Under the pieces are notes generated by a model. The model did no database searches. It was given only the letters and a program-made list of their open reading frames with translations, and was not told the DNA's origin. From Candidatus Entotheonellaceae bacterium (lineage in GTDB: Bacteria > Tectomicrobia > Entotheonellia > Entotheonellales > Entotheonellaceae): DNA of 64,000 nt. Both the position numbers and the translations under genes were made by a program. Location of the stretch: contig OZ250173.1 of NCBI GenBank assembly GCA_965238075.1, positions 2,624,001-2,688,000 of the forward strand. The letters are read 5' to 3'. Of the stretch, positions 40,437-49,846 are shown piece by piece (the stretch's first letter is position 1; every line of letters starts with the position of its first letter).

Positions 40437-41309
40437 ATGAGCGAATTGTTTCAGGACCTGGTGGTGCAGATGCTCATCGGCATTTCCACCGGCTTGATTC
40501 TGGCCTTGGTGGCGTCCGGCCTGACCCTCATTTTCGGCATCATGGACGTGGTGAACTTCGCGCACGGCGAGTTGTTCATGCTGGGCGCCTACATGGGCTG
40601 GGTGTTTTTCACCATGACCGGCAGCTTCTGGCTGGGTGCCGCCGCCGCGATGCTGTGCGTCTTCGTTTTCGGCCTGATCATGCAACGCAGCGCGCTGCGC
40701 TCGCTCATCGGCAGCGACCCGCTCACCACCATTCTGGCGACCTTCGGGATCAGCCTGGTCTTGCAGACGGCCGCCATCTGGATATGGGGGCCGACCGTGC
40801 GCCGGGTCGGGACCGCTATTACGGGTCACGTGGCGGTCTTCCACCTGCAGTTTCCCGTCTACCGCCTCCTGGTCGCCGTGCTTTCTCTCGCCATCATTGC
40901 CGTCTTGTGGTTGTTCATGCACCGCGGGCGCTTCGGGTTGTGGATTCGCGCCACTACCCAGGACCGTCAGATGGCCCTGGCCATGGGGATTCCCGTGCCG
41001 CTCGTGCACACCGTGGTTTTCGGCATCGGCGCGGCCATGGCGGCTATCAGCGGCTACCTGTACGCGCCTATCATCGGTGTCGATCCGACCATGGGCGTCA
41101 ACAATATCCTGCGAGCCTTCATCGTCGTCGTCGTCGGCGGCATGGGCAATCTGTGGGGGTCGGTGCTTGCCGCCGTGTTCATCGGCATGCTGGAGGCGCT
41201 GGCCGTCATCTGGGTCAGCCCGGCCCTGGCGGTCATCTTTTCGTTTGCCGCGTTGATCGTAACCCTGCTCGTCCGTCCCACGGGCCTGTTTGTGGCAGTG
41301 CCGCGCTAA
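40437..41309 (+). CDS. Branched-chain amino acid ABC permease (LivH-like)
   Basis: GLTLIFG…VNFAHG, VVVVGGMG. Confidence 0.92.
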   Translation: MSELFQDLVVQMLIGISTGLILALVASGLTLIFGIMDVVNFAHGELFMLGAYMGWVFFTMTGSFWLGAAAAMLCVFVFGLIMQRSALRSLIGSDPLTTILATFGISLVLQTAAIWIWGPTVRRVGTAITGHVAVFHLQFPVYRLLVAVLSLAIIAVLWLFMHRGRFGLWIRATTQDRQMALAMGIPVPLVHTVVFGIGAAMAAISGYLYAPIIGVDPTMGVNNILRAFIVVVVGGMGNLWGSVLAAVFIGMLEALAVIWVSPALAVIFSFAALIVTLLVRPTGLFVAVPR

Positions 41310-41322
41310 GGAGGGGAGAAGA

Positions 41323-42312
41323 GTGGCAGCAGCGGCTCGCATGGCCGGCGCACGGAGCGCCGAAAAGCCCGCTTTCTGGATCGCCTTCGTCGCGGTGGCG
41401 GCGGTGCTGGCTGTGGCGCCGCTGTGGTTTCCGAACGACTTCTGGCAACGGCTGCTCACCGAGGTGCTGATCCTCGGCCTGCTGGCCATGTCGTCCGACC
41501 TGCTGATCGGCTATGTCGGCATGGTGTCCTTCGGCCACGCCCTGTTCTTCGGCACCGGCTGCTACGGTGCCGCCTACGCCCTGATGTGGACGGAATCCCC
41601 CCTCGCCCTGTGGCTGGCGCTGCTTCTGGGTCTGGTGGGGGCGGCCGTCATGGGCATCTTCGTCGCCTTCTATTCCACCCGCCTGCGCGACATCTACTTC
41701 TCGATCACCACGCTGGTGTTTGCACAGATTTTCTGGGTCATCGTCTTCACCTGGACCGATGTCACCGGCGGCGAAAACGGCCTCGTGTTCAGCCCGCCGC
41801 GGCTGTCGTTCCTGGGCCTGTTTGCGGCCGAGTTCACGACGATGTCGATGCACTGGTTCGTGCTGGCGGTGGTGGCGTTGTGCTACGTGTTCTGCCGCCG
41901 CGTCACCCAATCGCCGTTCGGCAAGGTCCTGCAAGCCATCCGCGAAAACGAGCCCCGCACGCGGGCCATCGGCTACAACGTGGAGCGCCACAAGATGGGC
42001 ATGGTCATGCTCTCGGCGCTGGTCGCCGGGCTGTCCGGGGCGCTGTACGGCATCTTCAACGCCTACGCGGCGCCGGATTACTTTTTCTTCCTGCAATCGG
42101 GTGAAACGGTGATCTACAACGTGCTGGGCGGGATTGGCACGCTGGCCGGCCCCGTCCTGGGCGCCGGGGTGTTTGTGCTGCTCAAGGAACTGTTCAGCAC
42201 GTATTGGAGTCCCGAGTACTACCTGATACCCGTTGGCCTGCTGTTCACGGCCATGGTGATCTACATGCCGCAAGGGCTGCTCGGCTTTCTGCGGCACAAG
42301 CTCAACACGTAG
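41323..42312 (+). CDS. Branched-chain amino acid ABC permease (LivM-like)
   Basis: SFGHALFFG, TGGENG, AIRENE, LGGIGT. Start GTG 41323 or ATG 41341. Confidence 0.92.
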   Translation: MAAAARMAGARSAEKPAFWIAFVAVAAVLAVAPLWFPNDFWQRLLTEVLILGLLAMSSDLLIGYVGMVSFGHALFFGTGCYGAAYALMWTESPLALWLALLLGLVGAAVMGIFVAFYSTRLRDIYFSITTLVFAQIFWVIVFTWTDVTGGENGLVFSPPRLSFLGLFAAEFTTMSMHWFVLAVVALCYVFCRRVTQSPFGKVLQAIRENEPRTRAIGYNVERHKMGMVMLSALVAGLSGALYGIFNAYAAPDYFFFLQSGETVIYNVLGGIGTLAGPVLGAGVFVLLKELFSTYWSPEYYLIPVGLLFTAMVIYMPQGLLGFLRHKLNT

Positions 42313-42356
42313 CGCTGGGGTCGGGGAACGATGCCGGCGCGGAGAAGGGAAGGGTT

Positions 42357-43544
42357 ATGATCAGCAAATTCGACAGCTTGTACGCCGGGCACGTGGACAT
42401 GGACGACGTCGGCTACGGCGGCACCGCGGTGAACGACCGGCGGTTTTCCAACGAGTATCTGGTCACCACGTACGACAAGGCGCAGGCCATTGCGCAGGTG
42501 ATGGACGGGCAGGGGTACGACACCCTGTGGATGGCCGAGCACCATTTCCAGCCTGAGGGCTACGAGTGCATTCCGAACGTCCTGCTGCTGGCCCTGCATC
42601 TGACGCACCTGACGCAGCGCCTGCGGATCGGCTGCGGCTTTAACATCGCGCCCATGTGGCACCCGCTGCGCCTGGCCGAGGATTTCGCCACCGTAGACGT
42701 CCTCACCGGCGGGCGGGTTATTTTCGGCGTCGGGCGCGGCTATCACACCCGCGAGATCGAAACGTTCGGCTCGCCGTTGCTCGATCAGGCGGCCAACCGC
42801 GACCTGTTCGAGGAGCAGGTCGAGATCATCTTCAAATCCTTCAGAGAGGAATCCTTTTCGCACCGCGGCCAGCATTACACGCTGCCGCCCAACGTCCCGT
42901 ATCGCGGCTACGAGCTGAAGGAACTCACCCTGGTGCCGCGTCCGCTGCGGCAGCCCGTCGAGTGCTGGCAGCCGATTCAGAGCGCCAGCCCGCGCGCCCT
43001 GGACTTCATGGCCAAGCACGGTATCAGGGGGATCATCGGCGGCGGCGTGGCCGAAGGCGGCGCCATGCACAAAGTCGTCGAGGGGTACCGCGATGCCGTC
43101 GTCCGCACCGGCCGAGAGGCCGAGCTCGGCACCGATCTGAGCTTCGGCTTCCACTTCCACCTCGCCCCCACGCGCGAGCAGGCCATCCGGGAAGCCGCCC
43201 CCTGGTTTGAAGAAAACCTCAAGATGTTCGGCCCCCTGCGCCTCGTCCGCGCCCTCAGCGACCAGCAAATCGCCGACATGGGGGATCCCGCCAAGGCGCC
43301 CACCGCCGGCCTCCCAAGCCTCCAGCAAGCCGTCGATGCGGGCGGCTTCTTCTGCGGCCCGCCCGAGCTCATCATCGAGCAGCTTCAGGCCGTCGAAGCC
43401 CGCTATCCCGGCGTCGAAAGGGTCAGCGTCAGCCACCCCGTCGGCACCCCCCGGCAGGTCATTGTGGAGCAATTGGAGTGGTTCGCGCGGGACGTCATGC
43501 CCGCCTTCAAGGACCGCAAGTCGGCCTTGGCCCCGGTGGACTGA
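42357..43544 (+). CDS. LLM-class (luciferase-like) flavin-dependent oxidoreductase
   Basis: WMAEHHF, HPLRLAED, GRVIFGVGRGY. Confidence 0.92.
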   Translation: MISKFDSLYAGHVDMDDVGYGGTAVNDRRFSNEYLVTTYDKAQAIAQVMDGQGYDTLWMAEHHFQPEGYECIPNVLLLALHLTHLTQRLRIGCGFNIAPMWHPLRLAEDFATVDVLTGGRVIFGVGRGYHTREIETFGSPLLDQAANRDLFEEQVEIIFKSFREESFSHRGQHYTLPPNVPYRGYELKELTLVPRPLRQPVECWQPIQSASPRALDFMAKHGIRGIIGGGVAEGGAMHKVVEGYRDAVVRTGREAELGTDLSFGFHFHLAPTREQAIREAAPWFEENLKMFGPLRLVRALSDQQIADMGDPAKAPTAGLPSLQQAVDAGGFFCGPPELIIEQLQAVEARYPGVERVSVSHPVGTPRQVIVEQLEWFARDVMPAFKDRKSALAPVD

Positions 43545-43636
43545 GGGCGGATGTGGCGAGGGCGGCCTCGTCGGCATCGGGCGGTGAGCCCGAGGCTTGG
43601 AAAAATGACCGCGCGAGCGGTTGCGCCATGTTGGTG

Positions 43637-43740
43637 TAACCCCCCAACCCCCCTTGTCAGGGGGGCTTTGGGCAAAGCATCTTGGGAGGTGTGTTTTGCC
43701 GGTCCAGAATTTTCCCCCTGATAAGGGGGCGAGGGGGGTT
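43637..43740. repeat. Inverted pair of C/G-rich REP-like elements upstream of DUF559
   Basis: taaccccccaaccccccttgtcaggggggc (43637-43666) and ccccctgataagggggcgaggggggtt (43714-43740). Confidence 0.8.
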
Positions 43741-44141
43741 ATATCCCCTACAACAAGTCCCTGACCGAGAAGGCACGTCAAAACCGCACAAACCCAACCC
43801 CGGCGGAACGGAAACTCTGGTTCGAGGTCCTGCAAAACAAACGTTTCGATCATTTGAAGTTCACCTGCCAGAAACCGTTGAGCGACTATATCGTCGATTT
43901 CTATTGCGCTGCGCTGATGCTGGCCATTGAAATAGACGGGGACAGTCACGACGAGCACCAACGATACGATGAAACCAGAACCCGCAGGTTGAATGCTCTG
44001 GGTATTGAGGTCATCCGCTACACGAATGCCGAGATCATGAACAATCTCGAGGGCGTGTATGAAAGCTTGCTGAAACGCGTGACGGAAAGGAGGAACTCCT
44101 GCGTTGGCCCTTTTGATGCACCTTTGTCAGGTCGGAAATGA
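43725..44141 (+). pseudogene. DUF559 (Vsr-like) endonuclease lacking a start codon
   Basis: GGYIPYNKSLTEKARQNRTNPTPAERKLW…FTCQKP…YIVDFYC…AIEIDGDSH…D..R; in-frame TAA at 43722 and no start codon before the conserved N-terminus. Confidence 0.8.
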
Positions 44142-44163
44142 CGGGCAGGTCCGACGCTCCTCC

Positions 44164-44688
44164 TCAGTGCTCCATCAATATCTCGACGCACTGGGCGACG
44201 GCCTCTCTGGCTTTGGCGCGCAGAACGGCATCGTCGTTGTTGCTGATGGGGTGGGGGATGACGGCGAAGGGGAAGGCGGGCATGCCGGTGGCGCGGGCCA
44301 TGGCTTCGGCGGTGGCGGTGAAGCGGTCGGTCATGATGGCGGTGGCGGCGAGGCCGGCTTTCCTGGCGGAAACGGCGTCATGCAGACTGCATGAGGAACA
44401 GCTGCCTCAATCGCCGACGGCGGAGATGACGGCGTCGGCGGCTCGCATGCCGGCGATAACGTTGGCTGGTGCCGGGCGGCTGGCGTCGGGCTTCTTGAGG
44501 CGGATGACGTGGGTGACGCCGTGCTCGGTGCGCAGAATGTCTTCCATGTGGTCGAGTAACTCGCGCACACGGATTTTACCGTTGTCCAGGAGGCCGACGG
44601 TTCGGCCCTGCAGCGAGGTCAGACGGGCGGCATCGGTTGTGGCAGTGGCGACATCTTCAGCAGTGGGATCAAGAACTTGCAGAGACAT
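44164..44688 (-). CDS. UGSC-family selenoprotein (Sec94)
   Basis: Read-through of TGA 44407-44409 gives …DAVISAVGD-U-GSCSSCSLHDAV…F…A…GMP…VIPHPI…; perfect hairpin tcatgca-gtc-tgcatga begins 13 nt after the UGA. Confidence 0.92.
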
Positions 44689-44708
44689 GAGCGGTAGCTC
44701 TCCCCGGT

Positions 44709-45758
44709 TCAGGGTGAATCAATCGTTTGGGTGACGGCTTGCGCTTTGGAGCCGAGCCACGGCGGAATGACGCTCCCGAATCCGCCAGCAGGGCCGCCGG
44801 CCGCCACGACGAGCAGGTCGTCCGGGGTGCGCAGGGCGGTGAATTCCTGATCGGGTCCGCCGCTGCGGTTGACGATGTTGGCTTTGCCGACCGTCGCCCA
44901 TTGCCGCCGCAGCACCCGCGCGGCGTGGAAGACGTACTCGCGGACATCGCTTTTCTGCCAGCCGGCGGCAACGAGTAACTCCCGCAACTGCTTCGGAATG
45001 ACCAGGAAGTAGCTGCCGGACCACACTGAATACGTTAGCATGTTGTATCGCATCTCGGCGGCGAAGGTGTCGAGGATTTCCTCCGGGTCGTGTGTCCACT
45101 CGTTCATGATCTGGCGCGGCGGCGCTACCGACATGACGGTGACCGCGGACGCGCCGGCCGGCACGCCGCGCTCCTGTGCCAGTGGCAGCCACGGGCTGTC
45201 CTCCTCGTCTTCGGCGATGCAGAAGGCGAACTTGCCCGGATGCCCGAGGGTCGAGCGGTCGAGTTGGCCGGGTACGCAGCTAAGCAGATTGATCAACACC
45301 AGCCGCACCGTGCGGCCAATGGTGGCGTTGGCGCGGTTGCCGTTGGCCAGCACGTTGTGCGTGGCGTTCATGCCGATGGCGCCGCGCACCGGGCCATTGA
45401 CCACGATGAACGGCGCGCTGCCGCCCGTGCTTGCCGTGCTGCCGTGCATGTTGAACCGTTCCTGGCACATGGCCCGCAGCACCGCTACCACTACCGGCAT
45501 GTAGTCTGGCCGGCATCCCGCCATCACGGCGTTGATCGCTATCTTCTCGGCGGTCAGCGGGCGTTGCCGCACACGCTCTACTCCCAACACGTCGTCCGCA
45601 TCCAAACCAGCCGCCTGCAAGCACGCTGCGACGCGCTCCGCGGTCGGTGGCACAATGGGCAGGCCGTCGGTCCAGCCTTGTTCCTGGTAGAACTCGTTGG
45701 CTTCAAAGGCGTCGGCCACGTCGTAGGTGGCCGCTTGCAGTCGGGTGGGGTGCGTCAT
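44709..45758 (-). CDS. Conserved DGLP-motif protein, usual partner of UGSC proteins
   Basis: GWTDGLPIVPPT, INAVMAGCRP, RANATIGR, GHPGK, VVAAGG. Confidence 0.75.
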   Translation of the reverse strand: MTHPTRLQAATYDVADAFEANEFYQEQGWTDGLPIVPPTAERVAACLQAAGLDADDVLGVERVRQRPLTAEKIAINAVMAGCRPDYMPVVVAVLRAMCQERFNMHGSTASTGGSAPFIVVNGPVRGAIGMNATHNVLANGNRANATIGRTVRLVLINLLSCVPGQLDRSTLGHPGKFAFCIAEDEEDSPWLPLAQERGVPAGASAVTVMSVAPPRQIMNEWTHDPEEILDTFAAEMRYNMLTYSVWSGSYFLVIPKQLRELLVAAGWQKSDVREYVFHAARVLRRQWATVGKANIVNRSGGPDQEFTALRTPDDLLVVAAGGPAGGFGSVIPPWLGSKAQAVTQTIDSP

Positions 45759-45843
45759 AGTTGGACCCTCAAGAAACCCGCGATTGTGATTTCAAGCGGG
45801 GAATCGGAGCAGGTACGAAGGTGAGCAGAAGCTGAACAGGTTA

Positions 45844-46617
45844 TCAGTGATGCTCTTTGAGGGTATCGGCGCGCAGGCCGTTACGGAGCGTTTCGACGGG
45901 GATAACTTCGGAGGGGGGGATGTTGCCGACGTTGACGTGGTTGCCGTAGTGTTTGAAAAACCACGTTTGCTGCTTTTTCTGCGGGGCTTCAAAGATGAGG
46001 TTCTGCAGGCCGATGGCGCGAACGATCTGATCGACTTCCTGCGACTGCACGTCGCCCGTGGCATCGAACACGCCGACGGTGCCGGTTTCCCGGCCTTCGA
46101 TGATGACCTTCCACGCGCCAGCCTTGAGTTCGGCTCTGGCCTGGGTGATGCGTTCATCAACGCTGATCTCACTGTCCTCGTACGGGCATTTCTTGCCGAT
46201 TTCGGACAAGACACATAGCTGGCGCGCCCTGGCTTGGCGGATCAGGCACAGCTTGGTCTCGTGCGGCATCGCCACGGTGCCGTCCGAGATTTCAACGCAG
46301 GTAAAGCCGAACTGCTTGATCTCCGTTAAGAATTCCGCCACGCAGTTCTGAGCAACGGCTACCTCCATCAAGGTGCCGCCGGGGCAAACGTAAATCTCGT
46401 TGTCGTGCAAGATGCGGATCTTGTCGCGCAACCGTTCGGCAGTGAACAGCTGCGACGTGCCCCAGCCGAATTTGACGATATCGATGTAGGGCGCGGCGTC
46501 CGCCACGAAATCTTCCAGTTGCATTACCCCCAGGCCCTTGTCTAGAACTGAGGTCAATCCCTGTTCACGCGGTTTCTTTGTTCGGACGGGGAGGGAGATA
46601 CAGTCATAGGCGTGCAT
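45844..46617 (-). CDS. comA: Phosphosulfolactate synthase
   Basis: KPREQGLT, VKFGWGT, GGTL, EISDG, IEGRE, FEAP, LRADT. Confidence 0.92.
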   Translation of the reverse strand: MHAYDCISLPVRTKKPREQGLTSVLDKGLGVMQLEDFVADAAPYIDIVKFGWGTSQLFTAERLRDKIRILHDNEIYVCPGGTLMEVAVAQNCVAEFLTEIKQFGFTCVEISDGTVAMPHETKLCLIRQARARQLCVLSEIGKKCPYEDSEISVDERITQARAELKAGAWKVIIEGRETGTVGVFDATGDVQSQEVDQIVRAIGLQNLIFEAPQKKQQTWFFKHYGNHVNVGNIPPSEVIPVETLRNGLRADTLKEHH

Positions 46618-46765
46618 TTCAACTCTCCTTGGTTAACGGATGCCGCAGATGGTTGGCCATGCATCCCTATCGCATTGCAACGACTTGTTCAGGACCGTCC
46701 TTAGCACCTCCGATTTTTGTGTGTTTGGCCAGTAGACCACATTCCAGCCCCCATGTCGAGCCCGC

Positions 46766-47812
46766 CTACGGCTCCTGATGAATCTGCACCTTGATCGAGC
46801 CGGTGGTTTTGTCGTAGGCGGTGTCGAAACCCTGCTGAATCTCGTCCAACGAAAAGACGTTGGTGACCATGGGTTGTAGGGGCGCCTTGCCGGAGGACAG
46901 CATGTTGATGGCCAGCTCGTAGTCGTGCTGGCCATTCAGGATGCCGTAGCACGACGAAAAGAGGATGGCTTGTTCCTTGAGAAGGGGCGGCAGCCAATCC
47001 AGCGTGATGGGTCGCCGGAAGCCGCCCAGGATGACGATGCGGCCCTGCATGCGGGTTACATCAATGGCTTGCTCCAAGGTGTCGCCGTTCCTGCCGCCGA
47101 CGGTTTCGATAGTCAGGTCGGCGCCGCGTCCGTCGGTTGCGCCCTCGACTGCTTCCTTGAGGGCCGCACCTTCCGGCGGCAGGACGTCGTCGGCCCCGAG
47201 GCGTTTCGCCAACTCGCCCTGCTGGGCGTGGCGAGCAGTAACGAAAATCCTGCCGGCGCCCAATGCGCGGGCCGCAGCCACGGTTGTCAGGCCGATGTTG
47301 CCGGCCCCTAGCACCACCACGGTTTCGCCGCCTTGCATCTGACCGCGGCGGACGCCGTGTACCGACACGGCGAGCGGCTCGACCAGGGCGCCTTCTTCCC
47401 ACGACATGCCGTCGGGCAGCGGGTAGCAGCCGATGGCGCGGCGTTTCATGTACTCGGCAAATCCGCCGCCTTCGTTCTCCGCCTTGTTGAGGCACTGGCG
47501 GAACTGCCCCTGCCGGCAATACCAGCACTGCGCGCACGCCAGCCCGTGCCCGATGGTTTCGACCGCCACCCGTTGTCCGAGCAGGCCGCTTGCCACCCGG
47601 CTGCCGACTTCGACGATTTCGCCCGCGACCTCATGACCAAAGGGGATGGCGTCGGGCTCGGTTTTGTCGGCATTCATGAGCAGGTCGGAGCCGCAGATAC
47701 CGGTGGAGCGGACGCGAATGACGACGTCCTCGGGGCCGGGTTCGGGGGCGGCTATGTCGGCCAGCATCATGGCGTTGTCGCCGTCGAAGAAAGCGGCTTT
47801 CATCTTGGGCAT
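46766..47812 (-). CDS. Zinc-dependent alcohol/polyol dehydrogenase (MDR family)
   Basis: GICGSD, GHE, C-x2-C-x2-C-x7-C, GAGNIG. Confidence 0.92.
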   Translation of the reverse strand: MPKMKAAFFDGDNAMMLADIAAPEPGPEDVVIRVRSTGICGSDLLMNADKTEPDAIPFGHEVAGEIVEVGSRVASGLLGQRVAVETIGHGLACAQCWYCRQGQFRQCLNKAENEGGGFAEYMKRRAIGCYPLPDGMSWEEGALVEPLAVSVHGVRRGQMQGGETVVVLGAGNIGLTTVAAARALGAGRIFVTARHAQQGELAKRLGADDVLPPEGAALKEAVEGATDGRGADLTIETVGGRNGDTLEQAIDVTRMQGRIVILGGFRRPITLDWLPPLLKEQAILFSSCYGILNGQHDYELAINMLSSGKAPLQPMVTNVFSLDEIQQGFDTAYDKTTGSIKVQIHQEP

Positions 47813-48006
47813 GGGTAGTCCTTCCGTGGCTTGGGTGGCAATGGCGTGGCACTTCAGGCAGGTGGCGTCAGGAGGGCGCACCATACGCGTTTCCCGCCGG
47901 GTTTGCAAGCGGCGGCTCGGCTTGTTGCGCTGGGCCGCCTTTGCCATAATGGACCACTCAGCAAGGCGGAATCGTTGGCCACACGAACTATAAAGGAGAG
48001 AGTGAC

Positions 48007-48966
48007 ATGGCGACGCTGTTGGGAAGTGGCGATTTTCAGTACGAGGTTGACGTAGCCTGGGGCAAGCTGCCCGACGGGTGGTCCTACAAGGAGGCGGCGG
48101 CGGTCGGCGTGGACGCCAACGACAATGTCTACGTGTTCAGCCGGGGCGACCATCCCATGATCGTCTTCGACCGTCACGGCAATTTCCTGCGGTCCTGGGG
48201 CGAGGACCTGTTCGTGCGTGCCCACGGTGTCACCATCGGGCCCGACGAGTCGATTTACTGCACCGACGACGGCGACCATACGGTTCGCAAGTGCACCTAC
48301 GACGGCAAGGTGCTGCTGGAACTCGGCGTACCGGGCCAGGCGGCTGCGATGCACAGCGGCAAGCCGTTCAACCGTTGCACCCACATTGCCCTGTGCCCGG
48401 ACACGGGCGCCATCTACGTGGCTGACGGCTACGGCAACTCGTGCGTGCACAAGTACGACCCGAACGGCAAGCTGCTCTTCTCGTGGGGCGAGGCGGGCAC
48501 CGACCCCGGCCAGTTCAACATCGTGCACAACATCTGCACGGACAAAGAAGGCTACGTGTACGTCGCCGACCGTGAGAACCATCGCGTGCAGGTATTCGAC
48601 CGCAACGGCAAGTATGAGACGGCGTGGAGCAACGTGCACCGCCCCTGCGGCCTGTTCATGGATAGCGGCGACGCAGAACTGTGCTACATCGGCGAGCTGG
48701 GCTCGGGCATGGCGGTGAACGCCACGCACCCGAACCTCGGCCCGCGCATCGCCATCCACAACCGCAAGGGCGAGGTCCTCATGCGGCTGGGCGATGACAC
48801 CAAGGGCGCTGGCGAAGGGCCGGCCCAGTTTTTGGCGCCGCACGGGGTGACGGTGGATTCGCATGGCGACATCTACGTCGCGGAGGTGTCCTGGACCAGT
48901 ATCGGCCAGCACCAGAACCCGCCGCGCGAGATGCAAACACTGCGCAAGCTGATTAAACGTTCGTAG
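48007..48966 (+). CDS. NHL-repeat protein, paralogue of 17822-18763
   Basis: DGYGNS, YVADRENHRVQVFD, FLAPHG. Confidence 0.88.
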   Translation: MATLLGSGDFQYEVDVAWGKLPDGWSYKEAAAVGVDANDNVYVFSRGDHPMIVFDRHGNFLRSWGEDLFVRAHGVTIGPDESIYCTDDGDHTVRKCTYDGKVLLELGVPGQAAAMHSGKPFNRCTHIALCPDTGAIYVADGYGNSCVHKYDPNGKLLFSWGEAGTDPGQFNIVHNICTDKEGYVYVADRENHRVQVFDRNGKYETAWSNVHRPCGLFMDSGDAELCYIGELGSGMAVNATHPNLGPRIAIHNRKGEVLMRLGDDTKGAGEGPAQFLAPHGVTVDSHGDIYVAEVSWTSIGQHQNPPREMQTLRKLIKRS

Positions 48967-48989
48967 CACCGGATAAGGAGACAGTGGAA

Positions 48990-49817
48990 ATGCCCCTGGA
49001 TGTTCAAGTACGGGACCGCATCGCGGTGGTGGCGAGCCAGACGGCCCTGATGGCGCAGGCGTACGGCGAATGGTCGGCGGCGGATTGGCAGCGCGGCACC
49101 TTTTGCTCGGGTTGGACGGCGGCGGACGCGGTTGCGCATCTGGTGACCGGGGCCGACTTCTACACGCAGGTCATCGAGTCCGGCCGTACCGGCAAGCCCG
49201 GCAAGCCGTGGGGCGTTACGAACGTCGAGGAGTTTCGCGTTGCGCGCGGGGATGCCAGCAAGAAACTGACGGCGGCCGGTCCGGCTGCCGTGTTGCAAGC
49301 ATTTTCGGACAGCACCGCGGCGCTGCAGGCCGTGCTGGAGTCGCTGCAAGACAGGGAGCTGTCGGAGTTGGCCTGGCATCCGCGCGGACTGATGCCGATA
49401 GATGGTTGGATCGGCATGCGGCTCATCGAACTGGGCGTCCACGACTGGGACATTCGCCAGCCGCACGAGCCGGACGCCGGGCTGTCGTCCACCGTTGTGC
49501 CGGCGCTGCTGGCGGTCCTGCCTGACATGCAGACGCAGTTTCTCACCCAACGCGCTGGTGACGACCTTACCGGAACGTATGGCTTCCAGGCTGGCGATGC
49601 GTCGTGGGGGATTCGCTTGCATGAGGGTGCGGCATCCTACCTGCCCGAGGCGCCGTCCGACTGCGATGCCTGTCTGCACGCGGATGCCGAAAGCATGATC
49701 CTGCTCACCATGGGCCGCGCTGACCTGGAGGCGAAACGGGCCAACGGCGCCCTGACCGTGACCGGCAATGCCGCCAAGGGTCAGCAGCTTTGCGCCACCC
49801 TGTTCCGGGCGTTCTGA
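48990..49817 (+). CDS. Maleylpyruvate isomerase family (DinB-like) enzyme with SCP2-like C-terminus
   Basis: W…T.CSGWT…VAHL, ELGVHDWDI, LTVTGN. Confidence 0.82.
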   Translation: MPLDVQVRDRIAVVASQTALMAQAYGEWSAADWQRGTFCSGWTAADAVAHLVTGADFYTQVIESGRTGKPGKPWGVTNVEEFRVARGDASKKLTAAGPAAVLQAFSDSTAALQAVLESLQDRELSELAWHPRGLMPIDGWIGMRLIELGVHDWDIRQPHEPDAGLSSTVVPALLAVLPDMQTQFLTQRAGDDLTGTYGFQAGDASWGIRLHEGAASYLPEAPSDCDACLHADAESMILLTMGRADLEAKRANGALTVTGNAAKGQQLCATLFRAF

Positions 49818-49846
49818 AATGAACCGCTGACGCCCAGGGAGCGATT

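Noticed and set aside
42261-43961. 566-aa minus-strand ORF and similar long antisense ORFs (24535-26130, 59014-60528, 62228-63745, 15710-17074, 38280-39728)
   Set aside because: Antisense shadows of well-supported genes in high-GC DNA, with no family motifs.
44138-44734. 198-aa plus-strand ORF
   Set aside because: Antisense shadow of the UGSC selenoprotein.
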